Source: a bacterium | GTDB taxonomy: Bacteria > SAR324 > JACQKK01 | DNA: 64,000 nt | Assembly (NCBI GenBank): GCA_965240465.1 | Contig: OZ251219.1 | Location: 128,001 to 192,000, forward strand | Reading direction: 5' to 3' | Shown here: one piece after another, positions 31,784 to 43,334 of the stretch | How the letters are laid out: the number at the start of each line of letters is the position of its first letter | How positions within the stretch are numbered: position 1 is the first letter of the stretch | The notes under the pieces: generated by a model | What the model was told of the DNA's origin: nothing | The model's input: only the letters and a program-made list of their open reading frames with translations | Database searches by the model: none | Program-made: the position numbers and the translations under genes

Positions 31784-32728
31784 TTAGAGAGCAAAAAATA
31801 CCTGCTTCCCTTGCACCCGAAATGAATTTATTCTTTTCTTGCCATTGGGAGAATAGAGCCAATCCAACCAACGCCCGGCTAATGATGTTTGCAAATGCCG
31901 ATGTTTGTTGGGGTTGACAATGATAGCACTATAAGTGTTTTTGGGTCCTGATTTTGGCGGGAAAAATTGGCGAAGCTGTTGCTTATTCTTAAAAGCATGC
32001 CAAGTAGCAATATCCGATAGGGTATAAGCATTGAGTACCGCAGCAGTATTGAGAGTTGAGCCCATGCTGCTTCCTGTTTCCAAGTACCACCGAGACACAT
32101 ATTGCCAAGGAGCTAAATGGCGAACATTCCAGAGGTATTTTTCCATTTGGTGTGTGCCGCTTTTATCTCCTCGTGAGAGGAAGATAGATTTTGATTGCTG
32201 TATTCTCTGAAAAGCATCAGAGAAATGTTTTGGAGAATCAGTCAGGAATACCATTTGTACTTGAGCAGGATCCGCTTTCGGCCCCACCAAAACAAAATGA
32301 TTGTAAAACACCGGCCGGCGTTTAACTCCCCATCCTTGAGAAATAAATTGCTTTTCTCGTGGAGGATCATGGACAAGAAGTGCATCAACATCGCCTTTTT
32401 TAGCTAAAGTAAACGCCGCACCACTGCCGACCACAACCATCCGCACATTGATTCCTGTTTGCTGTTCAAAAGAAACCTTTAGCCATGGCAATAAGCCCGA
32501 ATTATCAGTAGTAGTAGTAGCTGCAATTTTTAATGACTCCGCAGATACTGGAGTAATTACAAGGCATAGGCAAACAAACACCGCCCAGACTAGAACTCGT
32601 CTTAATTTAAGAAATAGCAACGCAAATACGACGTCTGAAAGGTATCTAAAAGCATCAACAATCACCATCTTTTCCCGCCGGGAAACTACAGCAACATAAT
32701 AAGATAAACCCCAATGACTACCAATCAA
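31784..32728 (-). CDS. tupA: Tungstate ABC transporter substrate-binding protein (start uncertain)
   Basis: ATTTTDNSGLL, GSG.A, DALLVH, YNHFVLVGP..DPA, SRGDKSGTH and YTLSD..T. Confidence 0.85.
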   Translation of the reverse strand: MIGSHWGLSYYVAVVSRREKMVIVDAFRYLSDVVFALLFLKLRRVLVWAVFVCLCLVITPVSAESLKIAATTTTDNSGLLPWLKVSFEQQTGINVRMVVVGSGAAFTLAKKGDVDALLVHDPPREKQFISQGWGVKRRPVFYNHFVLVGPKADPAQVQMVFLTDSPKHFSDAFQRIQQSKSIFLSRGDKSGTHQMEKYLWNVRHLAPWQYVSRWYLETGSSMGSTLNTAAVLNAYTLSDIATWHAFKNKQQLRQFFPPKSGPKNTYSAIIVNPNKHRHLQTSLAGRWLDWLYSPNGKKRINSFRVQGKQVFFAL

Positions 32729-32762
32729 ATATAGCCTAAAGATGTATTAAAACGCCTCTACT

Positions 32763-35700
32763 TTATTGTTCTGCTTCTAATAACTGCTGGCGTTGTGCCT
32801 CTAGTTCAGCAGCGGCGGCTTCATCAGTGATGCGATAGGTGGTGTTTTTGAAATCACGGAAACCGGTTCCACAAGGAATAAGCCTTCCCATGATCACATT
32901 TTCCTTAAGACCACGTAGATAATCAACCTTGCCCTGGATGGCAGATTCGGTAAGTACCTTGGTAGTCTCTTGGAAAGAGGCTGCAGAAATGAATGAATCG
33001 GTACTTAGAGCTGCCTTAGTTATGCCTTGTAGAACCACCTTACCTCTGGCGGGTTCTTTATTGGTAGCAATAGCATCTGAATTAGCACGTTCAAAATCCT
33101 TGCGAGACACCAGCTCATTGATTAGGAAGGTAGTGCTACCCGGATCTATAACTCGAATTTGACGTAACATTTGACGGACAATCACCTCAATGTGTTTATC
33201 GTGAATGCCTACTCCTTGCAGGCGATATACCTCTTGTACTTCATCCACCATGTATTTTTGGAGCTCTTTAGTACCCAATACAGCAAGCATATCGTGAGGG
33301 TTAGCCAAACCATCTACAATGGAATCCCCAGCACGAACATAATCACCCTCATGGACGATGATATGTTTTCCACTTGGAATCAAGTATTCCTTTGCATCTC
33401 CTTGCTCAGGGGTAACAATCACCTTATGTTTGCGCTTAACATCCTTTCCAAAGCTCACTTGGCCATCAATTTCAGATATTATGGAAGTTTCTTTGGGTAT
33501 GCGTGCTTCAAAAAGTTCTGCCACCCTAGGGAGACCGCCAGTAATATCGCGATTCCTAAGGATTTCCCGTGGTAGTCGAGCAAGCACTGTGCCTGTTTCT
33601 ACCTGTTGTCCTTCTTCCACCATTAATTCTGCTTTGGCAGGCAAGCTAACCCGAGCTGGTTGACTACCATCAAAAGATTTTACTACAGCACCGTTTTTGT
33701 CATAAATAGAGATAGTCGGGCGAAATCCAGCTGAAGGTTCCACAATTACTCTACGAGACAGTCCAGTTTCTTTGTTCACCTGTTCTATCATAGTGTTGCC
33801 TTCAACAATATCAGAGAATCTAACTATTCCTGAAGCACCAGAAAGGATAGGTACAACAAAAGGGTCCCACTCTGCCAGTGCCTGACCACGTTTGATATCC
33901 GTTCCCGAAGACACCAACATAATTGCTCCTACTGGGAGAGCTCGTTGCTCTAGTTCTTGTCCTTCTTCATTAACCACTAAGGCTTCGGCTTTACGACTCA
34001 TAACAACCCCCCTTCCATCGTTGTTTCTTACGACCCGCATCTGGCTGTAATCTAGCTTCCCAGAGAATTTGGCATCCCAACGACTGATCTCTGCGCGCTT
34101 ACTAGCCGCACCACCCATGTGGAAAGTACGCATTGTTAACTGTGTCCCGGGTTCGCCAATACTTTGAGCCGCAATCACACCCACAGCTTCTCCATGAGCA
34201 ATAATCCGCCCCCGAGACAAATCACGACCGTAGCATAACGCACAAATTCCGTGTTCCTGACGGCATGTCAATACCGATCTAATCCACATTCTTTCAATAC
34301 CAGCCTCTTCAATAGAATGAGCTATTGCCTCGTCAATTTGTTCACCGGCTTTTACCATCAAAGAATTGTTAGTTGGGTCCGACACATCTTCCAAAGACAC
34401 TCTACCTACCACCCTTTCGCCAAGAGTTTCTATGATCTCTCCTGCTTCAATAAGTGCAGTAATTTCAATGCCATCCATGCTACCGCAATCATTATTGGTT
34501 ATGATGGCATCCTGTGCTACATCTACCAATCTACGGGTCAAATAACCCGAATTTGCTGTCTTTAGAGCCGTATCGGCTAAGCCCTTACGTGCTCCGTGAG
34601 CGGAAATAAAGTACTGCAAAACGCTGAGGCCTTCACGAAAATTTGCAGTAATAGGAGTTTCTATGATCTCACCCGAGGGCTTGGCCATCAACCCCCGCAT
34701 ACCCGCCAACTGCTTCATTTGCTGTGGGCTACCCCTAGCACCAGAATCTGACATCACAAAAATAGAATTGGTCGTTCCTTCACGCAGTTGTTGACTGCTA
34801 CTTAAATTCTTCAGCATGGTGTCAGCAACTTGGTCTGTGAGGCGTGCCCAAACATCAATTACTTTATTGTAGCGTTCTCCTTCAGTGATCAAGCCATCCA
34901 CATATTGTTGACGTACTTCTAGTACCTCATTTTCTGCCTGATTCAGTAATTTTGCCTTCTCTTTCGGAATTGCCATGTCCTCAATAGAAATTGAGAATCC
35001 TGCTTTAGTAGCATGATGAAAACCCAGAATCTTGATGGCATCCAACATTCTCAAAGCCACTTTACTACCACCCACTATGTTGGCTTGATCAACCAGAGCA
35101 GCCAATTCACGCTTTTTCAACAATCTATTGACCATTACAAAAGGCACTTGTGGTGGCACGTGGTTATACAAAAGTGCCCTTCCAACAGTGGTATTTTCCA
35201 CATTTTCGTGTATCCTGATGCGAATTCGGTCATGAAGCTTGACACAGTTGTGATCATAAGCCAGCTGTAGTTCTTCTAATGAGAAGAAGAATTTACCCTG
35301 ACCTTCTTTTTTTTCTTTGCCACTGAATTCTTTGGTCATCCAATAGAGTCCCAGCACCATATCCTGGGTAGGTGCCATAATAGGTTTCCCATTGGCAGAA
35401 GATAGAATGTTGTTGCTGGACATCATCAGTACTCGTGCTTCTAGTTGGGCTTCAATCGACAGCGGTATGTGAACAGCCATTTGGTCGCCATCAAAATCGG
35501 CATTGAATGCAGTACAAACCAGAGGATGTAATTGAATGGCTTTTCCTTCCACCAATAGAGGTTCAAACGCCTGAATCCCCAAGCGATGTAGCGTAGGTGC
35601 ACGATTGAGCAATATCGGATGTTCCTTTATCACTTCATCTAGTACCTCCCACACTTCAAGCCTGTGTTCCTCCACCATTTTTTTAGCTACCTTAATGGTA

Positions 35701-36890
35701 GATACCCCATAATTGGCCATCAATTTATGAAAAATAAAAGGCTTGAACAATTCCATAGCCATCAATTTTGGCAAGCCGCACTGATGAAGTTTGAGTTCAG
35801 GGCCTACAACAATCACGGTGCGTCCAGAATAATCAACTCGTTTTCCCAACAAATTCTGCCTAAAACGTCCCTGCTTACCCTTCAAAATATCACTCAGAGA
35901 TTTCAAGGCACGCCTGTTATTGCCCAGAATAGGGCGTCCTCGTCTACCATTGTCCAATAATGCATCTACTGCCTCTTGTAGCATTCGCTTCTCGTTGCGT
36001 AGAATCAGATCCGGTGCTAGTAGGTGAAGCAACCTCCTAAGACGATTGTTACGATGAATGACACGACGATATAAATCGTTCAAATCGCTGGTAGCAAAGC
36101 GTCCTCCATCTAAAGGCACCAATGGGCGAAGCTCTGGAGACAAAACCGGTAGCACATCAATAATCATGGAAGCTGATTCATTACCTGATTTCCTCATTGC
36201 TTCTACTATCTTTAGAAGCTTTATCACCTTTTTACGCTTAGCTTCCGAGGTTGCCGACCGCATTTCTTCATGCATCTCTTGGCTGATGAGATCCAAATCC
36301 ATGTCCGCTAAAATACCTTTGATTGTTTCTGCGCCCATGCCAATTTGCAAATCAGGATACTGATCTTGCAAATCTTCGGCTTGATCTTCTTCCACCAATT
36401 CGCGTTCCTTTAAGGGGGAGCTCCCAGGTTGAATAACCACATAGGCGTCATAGTACAACACTCGCTCTAATTCTCTCAGCGGCATATCCAGGAGATTAGC
36501 CATCCGACTAGGGATACCTTTCAAAAACCAGACATGAGAAACAGGACAAGCCAACTGAATATGCCCCAATCTCTCCCTACGCACCCGAGATTGAATCACC
36601 TCCACCCCGCATTTTTCGCAAGTAATGCCACGATGCTTCATGCGTTTGTACTTTCCACACAAACACTCATAATCGTGATTTGGCCCAAATATTCTGGCAC
36701 AGAATAGTCCATCCTTTTCTGGCTTAAAAGTTCGGTAATTTATGGTTTCAGAAGTTTTAACTTCGCCGTGAGACCACGACAAGATTTCCTCAGCAGAAGC
36801 CATCCGAATACGCACCTTAGAAAAGTTTATATTGTCGGACTGCGGCTGTCTTTGTTGTTTAGCCAGGAATGAGGTAGTAGCAATGTTCAT
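32763..36890 (-). CDS. rpoC: RNA polymerase beta' subunit
   Basis: Catalytic [12 protein letters not shown] loop, zinc-finger cysteines and [13 protein letters not shown] trigger loop. Confidence 0.99.
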   Translation of the reverse strand: MNIATTSFLAKQQRQPQSDNINFSKVRIRMASAEEILSWSHGEVKTSETINYRTFKPEKDGLFCARIFGPNHDYECLCGKYKRMKHRGITCEKCGVEVIQSRVRRERLGHIQLACPVSHVWFLKGIPSRMANLLDMPLRELERVLYYDAYVVIQPGSSPLKERELVEEDQAEDLQDQYPDLQIGMGAETIKGILADMDLDLISQEMHEEMRSATSEAKRKKVIKLLKIVEAMRKSGNESASMIIDVLPVLSPELRPLVPLDGGRFATSDLNDLYRRVIHRNNRLRRLLHLLAPDLILRNEKRMLQEAVDALLDNGRRGRPILGNNRRALKSLSDILKGKQGRFRQNLLGKRVDYSGRTVIVVGPELKLHQCGLPKLMAMELFKPFIFHKLMANYGVSTIKVAKKMVEEHRLEVWEVLDEVIKEHPILLNRAPTLHRLGIQAFEPLLVEGKAIQLHPLVCTAFNADFDGDQMAVHIPLSIEAQLEARVLMMSSNNILSSANGKPIMAPTQDMVLGLYWMTKEFSGKEKKEGQGKFFFSLEELQLAYDHNCVKLHDRIRIRIHENVENTTVGRALLYNHVPPQVPFVMVNRLLKKRELAALVDQANIVGGSKVALRMLDAIKILGFHHATKAGFSISIEDMAIPKEKAKLLNQAENEVLEVRQQYVDGLITEGERYNKVIDVWARLTDQVADTMLKNLSSSQQLREGTTNSIFVMSDSGARGSPQQMKQLAGMRGLMAKPSGEIIETPITANFREGLSVLQYFISAHGARKGLADTALKTANSGYLTRRLVDVAQDAIITNNDCGSMDGIEITALIEAGEIIETLGERVVGRVSLEDVSDPTNNSLMVKAGEQIDEAIAHSIEEAGIERMWIRSVLTCRQEHGICALCYGRDLSRGRIIAHGEAVGVIAAQSIGEPGTQLTMRTFHMGGAASKRAEISRWDAKFSGKLDYSQMRVVRNNDGRGVVMSRKAEALVVNEEGQELEQRALPVGAIMLVSSGTDIKRGQALAEWDPFVVPILSGASGIVRFSDIVEGNTMIEQVNKETGLSRRVIVEPSAGFRPTISIYDKNGAVVKSFDGSQPARVSLPAKAELMVEEGQQVETGTVLARLPREILRNRDITGGLPRVAELFEARIPKETSIISEIDGQVSFGKDVKRKHKVIVTPEQGDAKEYLIPSGKHIIVHEGDYVRAGDSIVDGLANPHDMLAVLGTKELQKYMVDEVQEVYRLQGVGIHDKHIEVIVRQMLRQIRVIDPGSTTFLINELVSRKDFERANSDAIATNKEPARGKVVLQGITKAALSTDSFISAASFQETTKVLTESAIQGKVDYLRGLKENVIMGRLIPCGTGFRDFKNTTYRITDEAAAAELEAQRQQLLEAEQ

Positions 36891-36967
36891 GTATGCCTAA
36901 GGAAAAAATAAAAATAGCAATCAAAGAATTAAGTATAAAGGATGATAAACAAATTTCAGCCAAGCCA

Positions 36968-39900
36968 TTAAAGTAAATCTACGCTCAAGCAAAGACTTTT
37001 TAATTCATTGGTAAGCACCTTGAAAGATTCAGGAACACTAGTTTCCATTGCATAATTTCCTTTCACAATAGATTCATAGATGCTGTTTCTACCTATGATA
37101 TCATCAGACTTCACCGCCAACATTTCCTGCAGAGTGAATGCCGAGCCATAGGCTTGCAGAGCCCAAACTTCCATTTCACCGAAGCGCTGGCCACCAAATT
37201 GAGCCTTGCCTCCTAGTGGTTGCTGAGTAACTAGGGAATAAGGGCCAATGGAACGTGCATGAATTTTTTCGTCCACCAAATGATGAAGCTTCATCATATA
37301 GATTTTTCCCACGGTCACAAATTGATCAAATGGTTCTCCTGTAAAACCGTCATAGAGGGTAATTTGTCCAGAACTAGGTAGCTGGGCTAATTTTAGCAAG
37401 CGGAGGATATCGCTTTCTTTGGCACCATCAAAAACAGGGGTAGCCAAGTGAATGCCGTCCTGAAAGTCTGATACCAATTCCAGCAAGGCCTCATCATTCA
37501 GAGATTGAAAGTACTCCTGTACTCCCTCGTTTTTATAAACTTCATTTAGGTACTCACGTAATTTAGCTATCGGATGATGCTGTTTCACCATATCATTCAA
37601 CTGTTTTCCCAGTTCGTGAGCAGCCCAACCTAAGTGAGTTTCAAGCACTTGCCCCACATTCATGCGGCTAGGAACACCCAGCGGATTAAGCACTATATCC
37701 ACAGCCTGACCACCAGCCATATAGGGCATGTTTTCAATGGCTTCAATTCGTGAGACCACCCCTTTATTGCCATGGCGGCCAGCCATTTTATCGCCCTCAG
37801 ATAGCTTACGCTTTACCGCCAGACTGACCTTCACCATCCGAATAACCCCGGGGGGAAGATCATCACCTTCTTTCAATCTATCGCAACGGTTATGGTACAC
37901 TTTCTCCAGTAATTTCACCTGCGTTAAAGCAGCAGAAATAATTCTGCGTAGTTTGCGATCAGTATTCGCATCCGATACATGCACTTCATCCCATGCTTGC
38001 AGAGGGATACTATCTGCTACCTCAGCCGTTATTTTCTGTCCCTTTTTGCACAAAACCTCCCGACTGCCAGTACGAACCACATCAAATGCCAATTTTTTAT
38101 TCCCCACAAGCTTTAACGCCAATTGCAACAAATTCTCTCGCACAATCCGTACTTCATCCCGATAGTCTTTTGAAAATTGCTCCAGTGTTTCTTCCGCTAT
38201 TTGCTTACTGCGATCATCTTTTTCTAGCCCTTTGCGGTTGAAAACAACCACATTAATCACTACCCCAGAAATTCCTTGAGCAACCCGCAACGAAGTATCC
38301 CGAACATCACCTGCCTTTCCACCAAAGATGGCTCGCAACAGTTTCTCCTCTGGATTAGGCTGAGTCTCTCCCTTAGGGGTTACCTTTGCTACCAGGATGT
38401 CGCCTTGTTTCACGTACGTGCCGATCCGAACAATCCCACTGGCATCCAAATTACGTAAAACCTCTTCTCCCACATTTGGAATGTCTCTGGTAATGTCTTC
38501 CTGACCCAGCTTGGTCTCACGTGCAACAATCTCTAACTCTTCAATATGGATGGAGGTAAACAGGTCGTCGTGCAACACCCGCTCTGAAACCAATATAGAA
38601 TCCTCAAAATTGTAGCCATTCCAGGGCATAAATGCCACCAGCAGGTTCTGCCCCAAAGCTAACTCACCTTTATCACAAGAGCTGCCATCAGCAATGATAT
38701 CACCTACTTCCACTCTTTGGCCAACTTTCACGATCGGACGCTGGTTGATGCAAATATTCTGATTAGAACTCCTAAATTTTGAAAGATGGTAAATATCAAT
38801 ATTGGGAGTGTTATCATAGTCCACACCGATGTTAACATCAGATTGAACTATAACGCGTGCGGAGTCCAAGCGATTTACTACTCCTGCACGACTAGCTACC
38901 AAGCAAGCCCCTGAATCTGCTACGGTTTTTCTTTCCATGCCAGTGCCCACCAACGGGGCTTTTGGATCAATCAGAGGTACCGCTTGTCGTTGCATATTGG
39001 AACCCATCAGAGCTCGATTAGCATCATCATGCTCCAGAAAAGGAATTAGAGATGCTGCGGTGGACACCAATTGATGCGGAGCAACATCCATATAATCAAT
39101 TTCTTGGGCTTCAATCATTTCAAAATCGCCTTTGTGGCGTGCCGATATTAATGGGTTCGCAAATTTTCTGTTCTTATCTAAGACAGCATTAGCTTGGGCG
39201 ATTTTGAATTGGTCTTCTTCCACCGCAGATAGCAAGGCCACATCAGATAGTACCTTGGCTTTTTCTACCCTATGATAAGGAGTTTCAATAAATCCAAATT
39301 CATTTACAGATGCATAAATAGCTAAAGAAGCAATCAAGCCAATGTTAGGTCCCTCAGGCGTTTCTACTGGACAGATACGCCCATAGTGAGAAGAATGCAC
39401 ATCACGGACATCAAACCCAGCCCACTCACGGGTAAGACCGCCTGGACCCAGAGCACTGAGACGCCTCTTGTGGGTTATTTCCGCCAAGGGATTGGTCTGA
39501 TCCATAAATTGCGATAACTGACTACTACCAAAGAATTCGTTAACGGCCGCAGAAACTGGTTTAACATTAACGATGTCATGTAGCATCATTGATTCTGATT
39601 CCTGCAAGCTCATACGCTCTTTTATGGTGCGTTCCATGCGTACCAGCCCCACTCGGAATTGGTTTTCCAGCAATTCCCCCACCGCACGAACTCGCCTATT
39701 TCCCAGGTGGTCAATATCATCTACTGTTCCATTCCCTTCTCTCAAGTGTAGTAGATAACCTACAGTTTTTAAGATGTCTTCTTCTGTAAGTACAGTATTG
39801 TCCAGGCTCTCTTCTATACCTAGTTTTTTATTAAGTTTTAATCTTCCTACGCGAGACAAGCTGTAGCGTTCTGGATTAAAGAACAAGTTATTTAACAAAG

Positions 39901-41227
39901 AGCGAGCTGTTTCAAGGGTCGGAGGATCCCCTGGTTTCATACGCCTATAGAGTTCAATTTTTGCTTCATCGGGAGAACTTAAGCCATCTGATGCCAATGT
40001 TTCTCTGAAGGAATCTCCGATAGTGTTTTCTGCGGTGCACAGGAAGGATACCTGCTTGATACCCTCTTTGAGGATATTTTCCAAGTGTTCTTCAGTCAGT
40101 TGGCAATTAGCGGATATAATTACTTCGCCATTACCAGCTAGAATTTCCTGATCGGTATAGCGTCCAACCACATTTTCCGCAGTGGTGGGAATTTGCTTTA
40201 TCCCAGCTTGCTCGAGCTTTCTCAGTAGCACATTAGTAATACGACGACCCTTAGGAGCTAGCAATTTTTTAGACTGAGGATCTTTAATATCTAAGAGAAT
40301 CCTTTGTTGAAGTAGAGTACTGGCATTAAACTCTTGGAAGAACTTGCGTTTTTCAGGTGGTTTTCCTACGGCTTGGGAAGTATCTATTTTTTCAGTGGAA
40401 TAAAATCGGTTGAGCAATTCTTGTTCGCCGTATCCCAAGGCACGTAGCAAAATAGTCACCGGAAATTTTCTTTTACGGTCTACGCGAGCGTAGAAAATAT
40501 CTTTGGAATCAAATTCAAAATCTACCCAAGAACCCCGCTGAGGAATAATTCTAGCGGTGTAGAATTTTTTTCCTGTAGCACTGGTTTTAGTACTGTCATG
40601 AGTAAAAAACACCCCAGGACTTTTGTGCATTTGGCTAACAATAACCCGTTCTGTTCCATTGATGATAAAACCACCTTGGTCTGTCATAACGGGTAAGTCG
40701 TCAAGATAAACATCTTGTTCCTTGACCTCACGTATTTTCTTATTTTCTTTGGAAGATTCTTTGTCCCAAAGAACCATACGTAGTGCAATTCGTAACGGGC
40801 GAGAATAGGTAACCCCACGAATACGACATTCAGTTTCTGTGTAATGTGGTTCCCCTAGGGTATAGTGAACATAATCTAAGGTAGAAGTGTTGCTAAAATC
40901 GGAGATGGGGAAGATAGAGCGAAGTATTGCTTCCAACCCCACATTTTCACGCTTATCTGGAGGAACATCCAGTTGCAGAAATTTACGAAAAGAACACACT
41001 TGAACATCCAGCAGATGAGGCATGGGAGGAGCCTCAATACTGCCGAATGAAACGCGTGCTCGGTTTTGGAAGTGACGGAATTTACCTGCCAAGCCATTAC
41101 CATTATTGGTATCAATAGCAGTTACACTAGTCTTTGTTTTGGAAGCAACAGGCGATTTTTCTATATCTTTTAGGGTCGTTTTTAGGGGAGATTTAGACGT
41201 TTTTAATTCAGGGGTTTTGGCAGCCAT
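36968..41227 (-). CDS. rpoB: RNA polymerase beta subunit (about 50-aa N-terminal extension)
   Basis: [31 protein letters not shown] and [13 protein letters not shown]. Confidence 0.99.
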   Translation of the reverse strand: MAAKTPELKTSKSPLKTTLKDIEKSPVASKTKTSVTAIDTNNGNGLAGKFRHFQNRARVSFGSIEAPPMPHLLDVQVCSFRKFLQLDVPPDKRENVGLEAILRSIFPISDFSNTSTLDYVHYTLGEPHYTETECRIRGVTYSRPLRIALRMVLWDKESSKENKKIREVKEQDVYLDDLPVMTDQGGFIINGTERVIVSQMHKSPGVFFTHDSTKTSATGKKFYTARIIPQRGSWVDFEFDSKDIFYARVDRKRKFPVTILLRALGYGEQELLNRFYSTEKIDTSQAVGKPPEKRKFFQEFNASTLLQQRILLDIKDPQSKKLLAPKGRRITNVLLRKLEQAGIKQIPTTAENVVGRYTDQEILAGNGEVIISANCQLTEEHLENILKEGIKQVSFLCTAENTIGDSFRETLASDGLSSPDEAKIELYRRMKPGDPPTLETARSLLNNLFFNPERYSLSRVGRLKLNKKLGIEESLDNTVLTEEDILKTVGYLLHLREGNGTVDDIDHLGNRRVRAVGELLENQFRVGLVRMERTIKERMSLQESESMMLHDIVNVKPVSAAVNEFFGSSQLSQFMDQTNPLAEITHKRRLSALGPGGLTREWAGFDVRDVHSSHYGRICPVETPEGPNIGLIASLAIYASVNEFGFIETPYHRVEKAKVLSDVALLSAVEEDQFKIAQANAVLDKNRKFANPLISARHKGDFEMIEAQEIDYMDVAPHQLVSTAASLIPFLEHDDANRALMGSNMQRQAVPLIDPKAPLVGTGMERKTVADSGACLVASRAGVVNRLDSARVIVQSDVNIGVDYDNTPNIDIYHLSKFRSSNQNICINQRPIVKVGQRVEVGDIIADGSSCDKGELALGQNLLVAFMPWNGYNFEDSILVSERVLHDDLFTSIHIEELEIVARETKLGQEDITRDIPNVGEEVLRNLDASGIVRIGTYVKQGDILVAKVTPKGETQPNPEEKLLRAIFGGKAGDVRDTSLRVAQGISGVVINVVVFNRKGLEKDDRSKQIAEETLEQFSKDYRDEVRIVRENLLQLALKLVGNKKLAFDVVRTGSREVLCKKGQKITAEVADSIPLQAWDEVHVSDANTDRKLRRIISAALTQVKLLEKVYHNRCDRLKEGDDLPPGVIRMVKVSLAVKRKLSEGDKMAGRHGNKGVVSRIEAIENMPYMAGGQAVDIVLNPLGVPSRMNVGQVLETHLGWAAHELGKQLNDMVKQHHPIAKLREYLNEVYKNEGVQEYFQSLNDEALLELVSDFQDGIHLATPVFDGAKESDILRLLKLAQLPSSGQITLYDGFTGEPFDQFVTVGKIYMMKLHHLVDEKIHARSIGPYSLVTQQPLGGKAQFGGQRFGEMEVWALQAYGSAFTLQEMLAVKSDDIIGRNSIYESIVKGNYAMETSVPESFKVLTNELKSLCLSVDLL

Positions 41228-41510
41228 AAAATTTATAAGCAGAAGGTAAAAAAGTGATAGTTTAACAGCAAGGCCAGAGACAGAACGACATCAGTCAGCA
41301 ATTAAGGGCCGACCTGATATTTAGAGCCTGAATAACAGAAACAACATTTGTGCATCTCGCATAAGTGAGCCTATATGTATACCGCAAATTAAAAATAAAA
41401 ACAATAGGTTTTGCTTGTTTTTCTATTTTTTTTTTACGCTATAACTCATCTGTGCAATTAGTGTCTTATCTTTTAGCATCAAAAACCCTGATTTTATTGA
41501 TTTACTCGGT

Positions 41511-42488
41511 ATGGATATCCAGTCATTCAACTTTATGACAGATACCAAACTGTCGCAACAAAAGCTGGTGCTAACGATCGGCAATTTTGACGGTATTCAT
41601 ACTGGGCATCAGGTACTGCTCAAGAGAGTATCCCAAGTTGCCCGCCAACAAGATGCCACTGCTGGCGTTCTTACTTTTGATCCTCATCCTTCTGCCATTC
41701 TAAGAAGGCAGACACCGCCTCTGCTAACGACACAACAACACAAATGGTTATTGATGGAAATCTTGGGCATCCAAAAAATATGGGTGGCCGATTTTAATGA
41801 AGAACTAGCCTCCATGAGCACCGAGGATTTTGTTTATCGGTTGCTTCAGCGTCATTTGAAACCTATTCAGATGCTGGTGGGGCAAGACTTCCGCTTTGGA
41901 TTTCAACGCCGTGGTGATTCCAAAACCCTCTTCAATCTTGGAAAACAAGCCGGCTTCTCCGTGGAAATAATTCCAACCGTCAGTAGCAAACATGACAAAA
42001 TCAGTAGCTCTGTTCTACGTAATGAGATCGCTTCAGCTCGCTTTCAACAAGTAGCCAGTTTGTTGAAACGCCCCTATAGCATTGTGGGTACTGTACAACA
42101 CGGCAATAAAAGAGGGCATTCAATCGGTTTTCCTACCATTAATTTACAACCTAAATCTACTCTGGCTATTAACTACGGAGTGTTTGCTTGTCAAGTTTTT
42201 CTAAAAAATAAATGGTACGATGGTGTTTGTAATTATGGTATCCGCCCTACCTTTCAACAAACTATCCCCATATTAGAAGCCCACTTGTTTGATTATTCCA
42301 CCACCTGCTACAATGAAATCGTAGAGATTGTCCCCAGAAAACTACTACGCCCAGAAAAACGGTTTTCTTCTCCCCAAGCCCTCACAAAACAACTGAAAAA
42401 AGATTGTCAACAAGCAAAAGTATTGCTACCTACCTTGTCCGACCTTTTACCAAGCCCACTATTTCCTGCCATTGGGGACTATAAATAG
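41511..42488 (+). CDS. ribF: Bifunctional riboflavin kinase/FAD synthetase
   Basis: IGNFDGIHTGH, TFDPHP, GQDFRFG, ISSS, GFPTIN, RPT and EAHLFD. Confidence 0.95.
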   Translation: MDIQSFNFMTDTKLSQQKLVLTIGNFDGIHTGHQVLLKRVSQVARQQDATAGVLTFDPHPSAILRRQTPPLLTTQQHKWLLMEILGIQKIWVADFNEELASMSTEDFVYRLLQRHLKPIQMLVGQDFRFGFQRRGDSKTLFNLGKQAGFSVEIIPTVSSKHDKISSSVLRNEIASARFQQVASLLKRPYSIVGTVQHGNKRGHSIGFPTINLQPKSTLAINYGVFACQVFLKNKWYDGVCNYGIRPTFQQTIPILEAHLFDYSTTCYNEIVEIVPRKLLRPEKRFSSPQALTKQLKKDCQQAKVLLPTLSDLLPSPLFPAIGDYK

Positions 42489-42654
42489 ACCATCATCCAC
42501 TAGCAAAAAAATGACTGACAAGAACCACCTTTATAAACTTAGATATATTCATCTTTAGGGCTATAGGAGAACTTTATACTGATATTTCATTGCGGACAAC
42601 AATTAAAAGTGTTATCGTCTATGGGGGTTGTTTCTAGCTGAATGTCACCAGATC

Positions 42655-43269
42655 ATGAAACTTTCTATTAAAGAATTCTCAAAAAAGAGAAGAGATTCTC
42701 AACCTGCCTATGTGTTTGATTTACGCTCAGCCGAAGAGTACCAAATTGATCACCTAGCGGGAGCTCACAATTTGCCCTTTCAATATTTAGAGTCCAATCT
42801 TCACCGCCTACCTTTTAGCGGTGATATCCTTTTCTATGACGGCGGCGAAGGAATATCTAAACAAGCGGCAGACATCCTTTGTGAGAACGGCTTCAGCGAC
42901 TATTTCTTCGTGGAAGAAGGGCATGAGAATTTAAAAAAATTTCTCAAAGACTCCTCTTTTGATATTAAGCTATCCTGTACCAAGGACGACCCCGTCTCGG
43001 TACAAAAAGAAGTCCTCCAAAACCTTCTTAATTTAGAGATAAATCCTGCAGTTTCTTCACATGGTGGTTATTTTTCCTTGATAGACATCAAAGATAACAA
43101 TGTTTACGTGGAACTCAGCGGCGGATGCCAAGGATGTGGAATGGTAGATGTTACACTGCGTCAAGGAGTAGAAAAGCGCATGCGTGAGGTCTTCCCTGAT
43201 ATGACTGCCCTGATAGACATTACGGACCACGCTGAAGGAGAAAATCCCTATTATCAGCCTTCCAAATAA
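42655..43269 (+). CDS. Rhodanese-like/NifU-C (Nfu) fusion, putative Fe-S carrier
   Basis: N-terminal DLRSAEEYQIDHLAGAHNLP (rhodanese fold) and C-terminal INPAVSSHGG..LSGGCQGC..TLRQGVE..DITDHAEGENPYY (NfuA C-domain). ATG 42655 preferred to TTG 42628. Confidence 0.85.
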   Translation: MKLSIKEFSKKRRDSQPAYVFDLRSAEEYQIDHLAGAHNLPFQYLESNLHRLPFSGDILFYDGGEGISKQAADILCENGFSDYFFVEEGHENLKKFLKDSSFDIKLSCTKDDPVSVQKEVLQNLLNLEINPAVSSHGGYFSLIDIKDNNVYVELSGGCQGCGMVDVTLRQGVEKRMREVFPDMTALIDITDHAEGENPYYQPSK

Positions 43270-43334
43270 CTCATCATCTGCTGCACAAAATAGCGGGTGA
43301 GATAATATAGCCAGCTTGTGGCATGGATCTATTT

